A stretch of DNA of 64,000 bases from Candidatus Wolfebacteria bacterium (GCA_002400985.2 NVRX02000004.1:114245-178244), one strand, 5' to 3'; shown: positions 18,217-27,002, numbered from the stretch's first letter. Made by a program: numbers and translations. Notes: generated by a model from the sequence alone, not told the origin.

Positions 18217-19145
18217 AGACCAAATGCTTGTCGAGCAGTAATGATTTCATCAATATTATAAATACTGCTACGTGAAAGCTCTTCATTGATAATAGAAATT
18301 GCCTCAGCAAGTCTGTTTGCTTCAGGTTGATATTCAGAAAGTACTGCAAGAGCATATACTGCATCATCAAACGTTGCAGAAAAGGCTTCTATAATTACAG
18401 AAAGCCTCATTGCTGATGTTATGAGTGCTGCGTGATTTGCTCGGAGAGTTGTAGGCGCTGCTAGTGCAGCCAATGTTTCTCCCAGTGTTTCATATCCTTG
18501 TGCAATCCGTGCAACATCAGACAGAAGAATGGCGTCATTTGCATCAAGAGCCCTCTCAAGCAAGATAAGTTCACTCTCTGTTACACCTGTTGGAGTTGCC
18601 TCTTGTGTAAGAAGCACTAGAGAAATGAAATATGTGCCAAGCGCCTCGTCAGTTGCAGAGACAGTTTTTACATTCAGTGGTGAAAATGCTTCTGGAAGGT
18701 TTGCAGACACACTATTTGTGAGTCGTGCTATCAACGCGTTTTTTTCTATGTCTGTTATCTCTCCATCCTCCTGATATTGAAGATATTCTCCAAAGAAGGT
18801 TCGGGAAAACTGTGAGGTGAAGTTGAGATCATCAAAATCTATAATTTCTTCAGGAGTTTTGTCTTTTGATCTGCTGGCTACATATTCTCCATCGAGAATT
18901 CCATCCCCATCGGTATCAATTACAAATGGATTTGTTCCCCATAGAGTTTCCTCCCAGTCGAGAAGGCCATCTCCATCGGAATCTTTTTCAATAATCTGGG
19001 CTTGAAGTGCAGAGGACGGTGACGCAACAGCTTGCTCGGCAAAGTTAACTGACGTACTTGTGTTTAAGAGAAATGCACCAGAAATAATCGCAACTCCCAA
19101 AATGAGCGCCGATACAATTCCTGTATGGTTTTTTAAATAATTCAC
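18213..19145 (-). CDS. Membrane-anchored protein with thrombospondin type-3-like Ca-binding repeats
   Basis: GTG start and an N-terminal TM segment. DSDGDGLLDWEE..NPFVIDTDGDGILDGEY are DxDxDG calcium-binding repeats. It is the first gene of the locus. Confidence 0.6.
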   Translation of the reverse strand: MNYLKNHTGIVSALILGVAIISGAFLLNTSTSVNFAEQAVASPSSALQAQIIEKDSDGDGLLDWEETLWGTNPFVIDTDGDGILDGEYVASRSKDKTPEEIIDFDDLNFTSQFSRTFFGEYLQYQEDGEITDIEKNALIARLTNSVSANLPEAFSPLNVKTVSATDEALGTYFISLVLLTQEATPTGVTESELILLERALDANDAILLSDVARIAQGYETLGETLAALAAPTTLRANHAALITSAMRLSVIIEAFSATFDDAVYALAVLSEYQPEANRLAEAISIINEELSRSSIYNIDEIITARQAFGL

Positions 19146-19161
19146 ACGCGTTACATATGTA

Positions 19162-19170
19162 AGTATAGCA
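19162..19170 (-). promoter_or_regulatory. Extended -10 promoter TGCTATACT upstream of the VirB4 locus
   Basis: The coding strand reads TGCTATACT, then 16 nt, then the GTG start at 19145. The identical 9-mer recurs at 33656-33664 and 53034-53042 ahead of other genes. Confidence 0.4.
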
Positions 19171-19193
19171 GTGTGAACCTGTATTCCTTGAGA

Positions 19194-19967
19194 CTATTTG
19201 TGCATAAGCAGCAAAATTTCTTTCCATGTTGAAAGTGAAACGTCTTCAGGCCGTGTCGTTCTATCAATTGGAAGCTTTTCTTCTGGTATAAGGTTTCGCA
19301 ATGTCTTTCCAATTTGCTTACGTTTTTCTCCAAATGCAGTGTGTAGCATGGTAAAGAACTCTTTTTCGTCTATATCTGCAAAAAAGTCTCCAGATATGTC
19401 ATAAATGGCTAAAATAGCTGAATCTACACCCGGTTTTGGGAAAAAAGAGCCTGCCTTCACTGTTTTTATATATTTTGGAGCGCCGTATGCTTTTACAGAG
19501 AGTGATAAAAGACTTTCTTTCTTACTTCGAGCTATGCGCTCCGCAACTTCTTTTTGCACCAAAAGAGAGATTGTAGAAGGTTTCTGCTCTCTCTCAAGGA
19601 ATGTGCGTATGATCTCCCCTGTTATGTAGTATGGAATGTTCGCAATAAGTTTGTATGGAGTTTTGTCAGGAGTATATTGCCGTACGTCCCCCTCAATAAC
19701 TTTCAATTGCCCACTTTGTATATGAGAGTCAAATTCTGTATATAAATAAGGTATGCACTCGGAATCTTTTTCAATTGCAATAACATGCGCCCCGGTACTC
19801 AAGAGTTCTCTGGTAAGCATTCCTTTTCCAGGGCCAATTTCAAGAACAGTATCATCTGCAGTTACTTTTCCAGCACTAACAACGGCACGGGCAATATCAA
19901 CGGACGTCAAAAAATGTTGACCCAGTGATTTCTTTGCTCGTATGTTATCTGATGCTTGGTATTCCAT
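19194..19967 (-). CDS. rsmA: 16S rRNA (adenine1518/1519-N6)-dimethyltransferase RsmA/KsgA
   Basis: KKSLGQHFL and the SAM motif VLEIGPGKGMLT. An ATG lies at 19967, and the track ORF extends to a TTG at 19985. Confidence 0.9.
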   Translation of the reverse strand: MEYQASDNIRAKKSLGQHFLTSVDIARAVVSAGKVTADDTVLEIGPGKGMLTRELLSTGAHVIAIEKDSECIPYLYTEFDSHIQSGQLKVIEGDVRQYTPDKTPYKLIANIPYYITGEIIRTFLEREQKPSTISLLVQKEVAERIARSKKESLLSLSVKAYGAPKYIKTVKAGSFFPKPGVDSAILAIYDISGDFFADIDEKEFFTMLHTAFGEKRKQIGKTLRNLIPEEKLPIDRTTRPEDVSLSTWKEILLLMHK

Positions 19968-21855
19968 AACTGTCTCCGTCTTCAATTATAAGGTGTGCTT
20001 CAGGAATGTCTTCAATAAATGATGACGGTATTGTTGCCAGCAGTGTTCCGTATAGACGTCTTTCCCGTGCAAGTGAAAGGTACACTTTTTTATGCGCTCG
20101 CGTAAGGGCTACGTAAAAAAGTCTGCGTTCTTCTTCCTCGTCCACAACATCATCACGCTTTTGTGGAAAAAGTCCTTCCTCCATCCCGGTAATAAATACA
20201 TGTGGGAACTCAAGACCTTTTGCTGCATGGATGGTCATCATCTTTATTCCAGCAGATGCATCTTTCATTGAGTCTTGTTCCCCCATAAGCGTTGCATCCT
20301 CAATAAGTTTTAGAATTCCTTCTTCTCCTATGTATCTATCGTATTGGCTTGCAACAGTCGCAAGCTCTTGGAGATTCTTGAGACGTTCTTCGTTCTCCTC
20401 TCCCCCCTTTTGGTAATGCGTTTTCATTCCAGTCATTTCAATAACATACCTGACGGCATCAGAGGGCTTCAGTACTGCAATGTCTGTTTTCATTCGGTCC
20501 ATCATGGCAAAGAAGTTTTGTACCTTCAGTCGCGCTCCAGCATTTAACTCTTCTGTTTTACCCTGTAGTACAGCCAGTTCTGTAACTTTCCCAATACCTC
20601 TTGCGGGCGAGTTGATAATACGAGCAAGGTCTACACTACTGTCACTCATAAGGGTATACCGCAGGTATGAAAGAAGGTCTTTCACCTCTTTTCGATCAAA
20701 GAATTTTGTTCCAAGCACTTGGTATGGGATTCCTGCATAGAGCATTGCTTCCTCAAGTACTCTTGATTGGAAGTTTGTTCGGTACAACACAGCAATATCT
20801 CCAGGCACGACATCTTCATCTATAAGTCCTCTGCAAAGCTCTGCAATAGTTCGTGCTTCATCCCCTTCTGTTGAACACATAAGCAGCTTCATAGGCTCCC
20901 CTTCTTCATTTTCAGTAAATGCAATCTTTTCTTTTCGATTAACATTCTTTTCAATTACTGCTTGTGCAGTTTTTACAATAGTTTTTGTTGAACGATAATT
21001 TTGCTCAAGAATAATAGTTTTGGCCTCTGGGTATTTCTTTTCAAAACTCATCAAGTGTTCAATGGTTGCTCCTCTCCACGAGTAAATGTTTTGATCAATG
21101 TCGCCAACTACAAAAATACTTTTATGGTTGGCAGCTAAAATGTGTAAAAGTTTCGATTGCACCCCATTAGTATCTTGGTACTCATCTATAAGAAGATGTT
21201 TAAATCTTTTTTGTAATGTTGTACGAACAGTTTCATCTTTTAATAAAAGTTGCACTGGCTTATTAAGGAGGTCATCAAAATCAAGGGCACTTTCTTTCGT
21301 AAGAGCTTTTTCATACCGTGCCCATACTTCTCCAACAGTTCGAAGGAAAAAACTTGTGCTTCTTTTACCCAGCATTTCTTCTGGAGTCTTCCCCGCCCCT
21401 TTTTCTTTAGAGATTCTTGAAAGGATCATTTTTGGCGCTACGTGTTTTTCATCAATATCCATCTCCTTTGTAATACTCTTAATAATCTTCATTGAGTCAG
21501 CACGATCGTATATCGGAAAGTATTTCTTTAGTCCAGCCTCAATATGGAACTCCCGAAGCATACGAACACCAAAAGAGTGGAAGGTTGTAACCAAAGGAGC
21601 TGTTTCGTGCCGTGCAGTTTCTGGGTGCTTCTGCATAAGGGTCTTTACGCGCTCGGCCATTTCCTTTGCGGCCTTGTTTGTGAAGGTTACTGCAAGAATT
21701 TCTCCTGGTGCTACACCATTATGGAGTAAATGAAGGATTCGATGTGTTAAAACTCTTGTTTTTCCACTCCCAGCACCTGCAAGAACTGCAATTGGTCCAA
21801 TGGGTGCGGTAACCGCTTCCCTCTGTCTTTCGTTAAGGCCTTCCAAATACATCAT
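19945..21855 (-). CDS. UvrD/PcrA-family ATP-dependent DNA helicase
   Basis: Walker A AGAGSGKTRVLTHRI, DEYQDT, and the helicase motifs ..TIHAAKGLEF.. and ..YVALTRA.. The start is taken at ATG 21855, which is preceded by TGCTATATT plus 7 nt. Confidence 0.9.
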   Translation of the reverse strand: MMYLEGLNERQREAVTAPIGPIAVLAGAGSGKTRVLTHRILHLLHNGVAPGEILAVTFTNKAAKEMAERVKTLMQKHPETARHETAPLVTTFHSFGVRMLREFHIEAGLKKYFPIYDRADSMKIIKSITKEMDIDEKHVAPKMILSRISKEKGAGKTPEEMLGKRSTSFFLRTVGEVWARYEKALTKESALDFDDLLNKPVQLLLKDETVRTTLQKRFKHLLIDEYQDTNGVQSKLLHILAANHKSIFVVGDIDQNIYSWRGATIEHLMSFEKKYPEAKTIILEQNYRSTKTIVKTAQAVIEKNVNRKEKIAFTENEEGEPMKLLMCSTEGDEARTIAELCRGLIDEDVVPGDIAVLYRTNFQSRVLEEAMLYAGIPYQVLGTKFFDRKEVKDLLSYLRYTLMSDSSVDLARIINSPARGIGKVTELAVLQGKTEELNAGARLKVQNFFAMMDRMKTDIAVLKPSDAVRYVIEMTGMKTHYQKGGEENEERLKNLQELATVASQYDRYIGEEGILKLIEDATLMGEQDSMKDASAGIKMMTIHAAKGLEFPHVFITGMEEGLFPQKRDDVVDEEEERRLFYVALTRAHKKVYLSLARERRLYGTLLATIPSSFIEDIPEAHLIIEDGDSYGIPSIR

Positions 21856-21862
21856 TACAGCA

Positions 21863-21871
21863 AATATAGCA
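21863..21871 (-). promoter_or_regulatory. Extended -10 TGCTATATT, 7 nt upstream of the helicase ATG
   Basis: The coding strand reads TGCTATATT-tgctgta-ATG. Confidence 0.4.
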
Positions 21872-21906
21872 TGTATTTTACTCTCCACCTCATACGCTCA
21901 AAAGGC

Positions 21907-21934
21907 CTTGACTAGAGGGTATTTGGTGCTAATA
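21907..21934 (+). promoter_or_regulatory. Sigma-70-like promoter (TTGACT - 16 nt - TGcTAATAT)
   Basis: -35 TTGACT at 21907-21912 and extended -10 TGCTAATAT ending at 21934. About 135 nt of leader precede the LysM-M23 gene. Confidence 0.45.
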
Positions 21935-22072
21935 TGCCACTTATCTGATAGATATGGATGCATGATACGTGGCTTAACAAAGCCATTAAGATTACGGAAG
22001 AATGGCTGAATAGACTAATTTCAACTTATAACTGAAAACTCACAGGATCCCGAAGGTGGCAAACACTTTCAG

Positions 22073-23095
22073 GTGACAGAAAATGCTAAAAAATTATCTC
22101 TCGGTCTTTTGATCGTTAGTTCAATTGTATTAGCAATTACCCCGCTTTTTGCCTCAGCGGGGATTTTAAGTAACTTGTTTGGCAGTTCTTCATTTCAGTT
22201 CAGCACGCCTCGTTTTTCTGTACATTCATCAAGTCTAACGCTTCTAAAGAGTGCAACAAACATCAATCCAAACCCAGCACAGGGTGGTGCTGACCTTACT
22301 ATTGTAGGAGGATCTGCCCTTATCGCAGAAGGTGGTGTAAATCCAGCAGTTTCTATACAAGAGTCTCAAACAGGCAAGATTAGCCTATATGTAGTGCGAG
22401 ATGGTGATTCATTATCTCAAGTTGCAAAAATGTTTGGTGTTTCTATAAATACTATTGTGTGGGCCAACAACTTACGTAGTGCCACAGCCATTTCCCCAGG
22501 ACAAACACTTGTTATTCTTCCTATCTCAGGGCTTAAATATGAAGTTAAAAAAGGAGACACATTAGCTAAAATCGCCAAGAAGTATAAAGGAGATTCTGAA
22601 GAAATAGCTATATTTAACGGTCTAGAAACAAATGCTTCTCTTGCAATAGGTGATGAAATAATCATCCCTGGTGGAGAAATGGCTGTAACAGTAAGCTCGA
22701 GAACACGAACACAAGCCCTTCGGGGAGCAGGAGGTCCTACATTTACAGGATATTATACAAAGCCAGTTCCAGGATCAACACGAACACAAGGGCTTCATGG
22801 CTACAATGCTGTTGATCTTGGCGCCCGTTCAGGAACATCTATTGTTGCTGCTGCAAGCGGAACGGTTATTATCTCTCGAGAAGGTGGATGGAATGGTGGA
22901 TACGGTAGTTACATTGTAATTTCTCACAATAACGGAACGCAAACACTCTATTCTCACAACTCAAGTAACATTGTTGGTGTTGGGCAGTCAGTGGTGAAAG
23001 GCCAGGTTATTGGATACGTAGGAAGTACTGGAAAGTCCACCGGCCCACACGTCCACTTTGAAGTCCGCGGTGCAACAAACCCATTTGCATACTAA
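22073..23095 (+). CDS. LysM-domain M23 family peptidoglycan endopeptidase
   Basis: Signal/TM segment and two LysM repeats (GDSLSQVAKMFGVSINTIVWANNL, KKGDTLAKIAKKYKGDSEEIAIFNGL). M23 motifs HGYNAVDL and GSTGKSTGPHVHFEV. GTG start. Confidence 0.88.
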   Translation: MTENAKKLSLGLLIVSSIVLAITPLFASAGILSNLFGSSSFQFSTPRFSVHSSSLTLLKSATNINPNPAQGGADLTIVGGSALIAEGGVNPAVSIQESQTGKISLYVVRDGDSLSQVAKMFGVSINTIVWANNLRSATAISPGQTLVILPISGLKYEVKKGDTLAKIAKKYKGDSEEIAIFNGLETNASLAIGDEIIIPGGEMAVTVSSRTRTQALRGAGGPTFTGYYTKPVPGSTRTQGLHGYNAVDLGARSGTSIVAAASGTVIISREGGWNGGYGSYIVISHNNGTQTLYSHNSSNIVGVGQSVVKGQVIGYVGSTGKSTGPHVHFEVRGATNPFAY

Positions 23096-23118
23096 AAACA
23101 CCCTCTCGGGTGTTTTTT
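23094..23118. terminator. Bidirectional Rho-independent terminator
   Basis: AAAAACACCC-tctc-GGGTGTTTTT. It lies between the convergent M23 and dksA-like genes. Confidence 0.7.
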
Positions 23119-23127
23119 AAAACTCAT

Positions 23128-23484
23128 TTAGTCATTCATGTGTGCTTTGCTCGTTCTTGCTGCAGGATTTGCATCAAGCCTGTCTTCTTCAATTTGCTCT
23201 CCTGATTTCTCACATATTCCATACGTTCCTTTTTCAATACGATCAAGCGCATTTACAACATTCTTATGTCGAGCTTCAAGTTCATTTAGAATTGCGCTTC
23301 GCTCCATAGATTCTTCATGGTTGTCAGCTAGTTCATTTTTATCAATGTCTAACTCACCATCATTTGCTGGAGTTGGTTCCCAGTCTTTTGGGTTGTTTGG
23401 ATTTTTTTGACCTACGCCTGACATCTCTCCTTCCAATTTCTTCTTCTCCTCTTCTAGGCGTACCTTATATTTTTCTGTATCCAT
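23128..23484 (-). CDS. DksA/TraR-family protein with a degenerate zinc finger
   Basis: Coiled-coil N-terminal part. C-terminus ..GTYGICEKSGEQIEEDRLDANPAARTSKAH matches the TraR/DksA C4 region, but only one Cys is retained. Confidence 0.6.
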   Translation of the reverse strand: MDTEKYKVRLEEEKKKLEGEMSGVGQKNPNNPKDWEPTPANDGELDIDKNELADNHEESMERSAILNELEARHKNVVNALDRIEKGTYGICEKSGEQIEEDRLDANPAARTSKAHMND

Positions 23485-23508
23485 ATAATGACAATGGTAC
23501 CAAACCTG

Positions 23509-25089
23509 CTACTCTCGCACAATTCGATCTGCAAGATCAAGAAAGGCCTCTTTTGTTCTTGTTATGAAAAGAATGTTTGGTGTTACAAAACCATATATAA
23601 GATGCGTGTTTCCATTTGCGTCATATAAGATGCGAGCATCACTCGTTTCTATTTCTTCATCCACAAACTGCTGGATGTATGGAGGCGTGGTTGTGCTTAT
23701 TGAAACTGTATCAAGTTCTCCAAAAAGTGGGCGCAATGCATTTGGCATGTCTGCCTCCCAAGACAAGAGACTTTTGAAACTTCTCTCAAAAGAAGTAACA
23801 GCAAGAACAAGTACTGGTTCCTTTTCTTCTCCAAGGATGCCAAGCATGCTCTGTGGGTAGACGCTCCGAGCAAGTGTTCCTGGAACAGAAGATGATTCAA
23901 GAAGAATATCTGAAAACGGTATTACCTCGGAACCTACTTCAGTTGGTATAGAAAAAGTTACATGGGTCAGCGCGTTTGCGAAAGGTGTTGGCACAGACGA
24001 AAGAAGATCTGCTAAGTTTGAGAGTGTAGGAATAGACGAGGCGCTTATTCGAGTTCTGTTTTCTGCGAACACGGGTGTCACTACGCGTGTTGGTGTAGCA
24101 ACAGGAGCAGTGTCTTGGCTAAGGAAATAGAAGGTGCCTGTTAGTGCGCCAACTCCAAGCACAACAAGAATAATTGCTATTGCAACAATCGGCTGTTTCT
24201 TTTTTAGAGACCGTTTTTTAGGCGCAGATTTTTTTGAATCCTGTTGCTTTGCAAGAACAGAAAGACGTGTGTCTTTTTGCTTTTTAATACCTCGGCGTGC
24301 GTCACTTGTGTACGTGCTCAGAGGGAATGGTTTTTTAAAGTCCTTCTGCTCTACAGGCATTTGTGGAGGAAGAGAAACTTCCGGAATACTTACTGTTACC
24401 TGCTTAGGTGGTGCAAATAGTGAATTCTTTGACACCGGGGAAACCTCCTTTTTGGGAAGTACTATCTTCGGAGGGGTTGGTGTAGCAACAGGAGCAGCTA
24501 CCTCTTTCTTTATCGGGGCTTTTGGTATTACCGGAATCCCTTCCAATTTCTTTGGCGGTATTACAGAGATTTTTTCTTTTGATACAGATTTTGATGCAGA
24601 TACAGAATCTTTTCCTGTTCCTCCCATAAGCCAAGCCATAGCTTTTTCAACAAAACTTTCTTTTGGAGTAGATGATTCTTCAATGGTAACAATGGGAGGC
24701 TTTGGTTTTGTGGGTGCAACCTTGTCCTCTGGAGGTGTATTAATAATTTGCTCAATATCTTCCTTTGTAAATGATTTTGTATTAGCAAGATCAATGGACT
24801 CTGTAGAAGTTATTTCTTCAAGGTAGTGTTTTTTCTCAGCTGCTTGTAGGTTTTCTTTTGGAAGTTCAACAGCTTTCTTTTTTGGAGTAGGTGTAGGAAT
24901 TTTTTCTGCCTTTGCAACATCGGGTGCGGGAGCCTTCTTTTTCTCTGCCTCTTGCTTTGGTGCACTCGTAGGCATTGCTACATCCTTCCCTAGTTTTGCA
25001 AGATCACTTTGGTATGTTCGTACAACCCTCTTGGGGGTTTTGGCTGGTGTTGCAAATTGTGGTTGCTTACTATTTATTTGTTCCTCCAT
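23509..25089 (-). CDS. Lys/Pro-rich single-pass membrane protein, hypothetical
   Basis: 526 aa. The N-terminal approximately 300 aa are K/P/E-rich and low complexity, followed by a TM segment (IVAIAIILVVLGVGALTGTFYFL) and a C-terminal globular domain. Confidence 0.55.
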   Translation of the reverse strand: MEEQINSKQPQFATPAKTPKRVVRTYQSDLAKLGKDVAMPTSAPKQEAEKKKAPAPDVAKAEKIPTPTPKKKAVELPKENLQAAEKKHYLEEITSTESIDLANTKSFTKEDIEQIINTPPEDKVAPTKPKPPIVTIEESSTPKESFVEKAMAWLMGGTGKDSVSASKSVSKEKISVIPPKKLEGIPVIPKAPIKKEVAAPVATPTPPKIVLPKKEVSPVSKNSLFAPPKQVTVSIPEVSLPPQMPVEQKDFKKPFPLSTYTSDARRGIKKQKDTRLSVLAKQQDSKKSAPKKRSLKKKQPIVAIAIILVVLGVGALTGTFYFLSQDTAPVATPTRVVTPVFAENRTRISASSIPTLSNLADLLSSVPTPFANALTHVTFSIPTEVGSEVIPFSDILLESSSVPGTLARSVYPQSMLGILGEEKEPVLVLAVTSFERSFKSLLSWEADMPNALRPLFGELDTVSISTTTPPYIQQFVDEEIETSDARILYDANGNTHLIYGFVTPNILFITRTKEAFLDLADRIVRE

Positions 25090-25137
25090 ATAAAAAGAAG
25101 TATCCTACTTGATACTTCTTAGTATACCCCCTCTCTT

Positions 25138-25656
25138 TTATTTTTTCCCTCGATATCCAATGAGGAACTTTTTTGGATCTTCTCCCATGTCATGAAAGTC
25201 ATGTACCGCTTCTTTGAATTTGCTTGAAGATGATCGTGCAAAACTCATTCCTTCTACCTGACATCCTTCATTTACACGAAGGTATTCAACAAGAGGGATA
25301 AAGTCTCCGTCTCCTGTTGCAAGGACAACAGCATCAAGTTTTGGTGCCATTGTTACTGCGTCAATTGCAAGTCCTACATCCCAGTCTGCTTTCTTTGCTC
25401 CACCGTAAAAAATCTGAAGATCTTTAGTCTTTGTTTCGATCCCCATTTTTCTAAGTGCGTCAAAGAATTGAGATTCTTCGCCTGATTCTGTACTGATAAC
25501 ATATGCAACAGCACGAACAAGTGTTCGTCCTCCTACTGCCTCCTTTAAAACGTTTGCAAAGTTAACTCGTGCTTTATACAAATGTTTTGCGCTGTGATAA
25601 AGGTTTTGCGCGTCAATGAAAACTCCAACACGCTGTGCCGGGTGTTTTATAGCCAT
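25138..25656 (-). CDS. NYN-domain (LabA/DUF88-like) protein
   Basis: RVGVFIDAQNLYHSAK...TLVRAVAYV...VVLATGDGDFIPLVEYL, the typical NYN/LabA pattern. The start is at an internal Met. Confidence 0.75.
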   Translation of the reverse strand: MAIKHPAQRVGVFIDAQNLYHSAKHLYKARVNFANVLKEAVGGRTLVRAVAYVISTESGEESQFFDALRKMGIETKTKDLQIFYGGAKKADWDVGLAIDAVTMAPKLDAVVLATGDGDFIPLVEYLRVNEGCQVEGMSFARSSSSKFKEAVHDFHDMGEDPKKFLIGYRGKK

Positions 25657-25735
25657 ATTAAAATTATTTACTTTATAAAATGTACAAATGCGAGACGTAC
25701 TGCCTCGCACGTATGATATCACACCAAATCTCCTC

Positions 25736-26002
25736 TTATTTCTTTAGCCCAAGTTTCTTAATAAGAGCATTGTAAGAACGTTTGTTCTTCTTTTCTAAGT
25801 ACTTCAAGTGCTTTCGCCTATCAGCAACCATGGCAAGAAGACCTCGTCTTGAGTGGTTGTCTTTCTTGTTTTTCTTAAGGTGCTTTGTAAGCTCCTCAAT
25901 TTGTTTACTCAAAATAGCAACCTGTACTTCAGGAGATCCAGTATCTGCGTCATGCCGCTTAACACCCTTTGTTGCAGCAGTTCTTTTTCGCTTTGTTAAC
26001 AT
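25736..26002 (-). CDS. rpsO: 30S ribosomal protein S15
   Basis: ..[50 protein letters not shown].. The start is at Met57 of the track ORF. Confidence 0.9.
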   Translation of the reverse strand: MLTKRKRTAATKGVKRHDADTGSPEVQVAILSKQIEELTKHLKKNKKDNHSRRGLLAMVADRRKHLKYLEKKNKRSYNALIKKLGLKK

Positions 26003-26090
26003 ACGTAAGTCGCAGAACAATAGCATGTGAGCCATATGTTGGCAAGTATATACAAAGTGAGTATTTTCCACAGTATGTGTCGCAAAACAT

Positions 26091-26099
26091 TGGTATACT
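26091..26099 (+). promoter_or_regulatory. Extended -10 TGGTATACT, 6 nt upstream of the recombinase ATG
   Basis: TGGTATACT-ctctgt-ATG (ATG at 26106). Confidence 0.4.
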
Positions 26100-26105
26100 C
26101 TCTGT

Positions 26106-27002
26106 ATGACAGCCGAAGAATTAAAGAGAAGATTCCTAGAATACCTTGAAATAGAGCGCGGAAGGAGCATAAAAACAATAGAAAACTATGACCATTACCT
26201 CACACGATTCTTTGAATATTCAAATGTTCAGAAACCGAGCCAAATAAGCGAAGAAAAAGTTCGAACATTTAGACTGTGGCTCAATAGGCAGGAAGGGACA
26301 AACGGTTTTCTTAAAAAGAAGACACAGAATTACTACTTGATTGCTCTTCGTGCATTTCTTAAATATGCTCAAAAGATAGAAGTTGCAACACTTTCTCCTG
26401 AAAAAATAGAGCTTGCAAAAGTTCCGCAGAGATCGATTGATCTTATAACGGTAGATGAGCTCAATCGCCTCTTATCAGCAACAGAGGGAAAGAGTGAGAG
26501 GTTACTTAGAGATAGAGCCATATTGGAGTTGTTATTTTCAACAGGGCTTCGTGTTTCTGAGCTTTGTTCCCTCAATGCAGATATAGATCTTTCTCGTGAA
26601 GAGTTTTCGGTTCGAGGAAAGGGTGACAAGGTGCGAGTAGTATTTGTCTCCCCTTCTGCAAAAAGTGCCGTAATGCAGTATTTAAAGTCTAGAAAAGATA
26701 TGGAAGAGCCTTTGTTTGTTTCGTATTCAAAAGCAGGAAAGAATGGAGGACGTCTCACTCCCCGATCAGTACAACGTTTAATAAAAACATACGCGGCAAA
26801 AGCAGGTATTACAAAAAAAGTTACTCCGCACATTATTCGGCATTCATTTGCCACTGATTTATTACAAAATGGTGCAGATATTCGATCGGTACAAGCTCTT
26901 TTAGGACATGCAAATATATCTACTACTCAAGTATATACTCACGTAACAGACTCTCATTTGAAAGACATACATAAGGCGTTTCATGGGAAACAAAGGGGTT
27001 AA
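26106..27002 (+). CDS. Tyrosine site-specific recombinase XerC/XerD family
   Basis: The catalytic region ..ATGLRVSEL.., ..[12 protein letters not shown].. and ..[16 protein letters not shown] (R..HxxR..Y). No flanking mobile-element features. Confidence 0.85.
   Translation: MTAEELKRRFLEYLEIERGRSIKTIENYDHYLTRFFEYSNVQKPSQISEEKVRTFRLWLNRQEGTNGFLKKKTQNYYLIALRAFLKYAQKIEVATLSPEKIELAKVPQRSIDLITVDELNRLLSATEGKSERLLRDRAILELLFSTGLRVSELCSLNADIDLSREEFSVRGKGDKVRVVFVSPSAKSAVMQYLKSRKDMEEPLFVSYSKAGKNGGRLTPRSVQRLIKTYAAKAGITKKVTPHIIRHSFATDLLQNGADIRSVQALLGHANISTTQVYTHVTDSHLKDIHKAFHGKQRG

Noticed and set aside
21098-21733. A 211-aa plus-strand ORF inside the helicase gene. Similar antisense ORFs lie at 11549-12163 (in virB4), 43634-44143 (in pilC) and 51411-52118 (in recJ).
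   Set aside because: All lie opposite genes with unambiguous catalytic motifs, and their translations are compositionally odd. They are treated as shadow ORFs.
24134-24826. A 230-aa plus-strand ORF antisense to the Lys/Pro-rich membrane protein
   Set aside because: It is a shadow ORF of a low-complexity gene, with no motif and no start signals.
26106-27002. The tyrosine recombinase as a marker of an integrated mobile element
   Set aside because: It has XerC/D-type length and motifs. It is flanked by rpsO and housekeeping genes, with no direct repeats, tRNA-adjacent att site or cargo genes.
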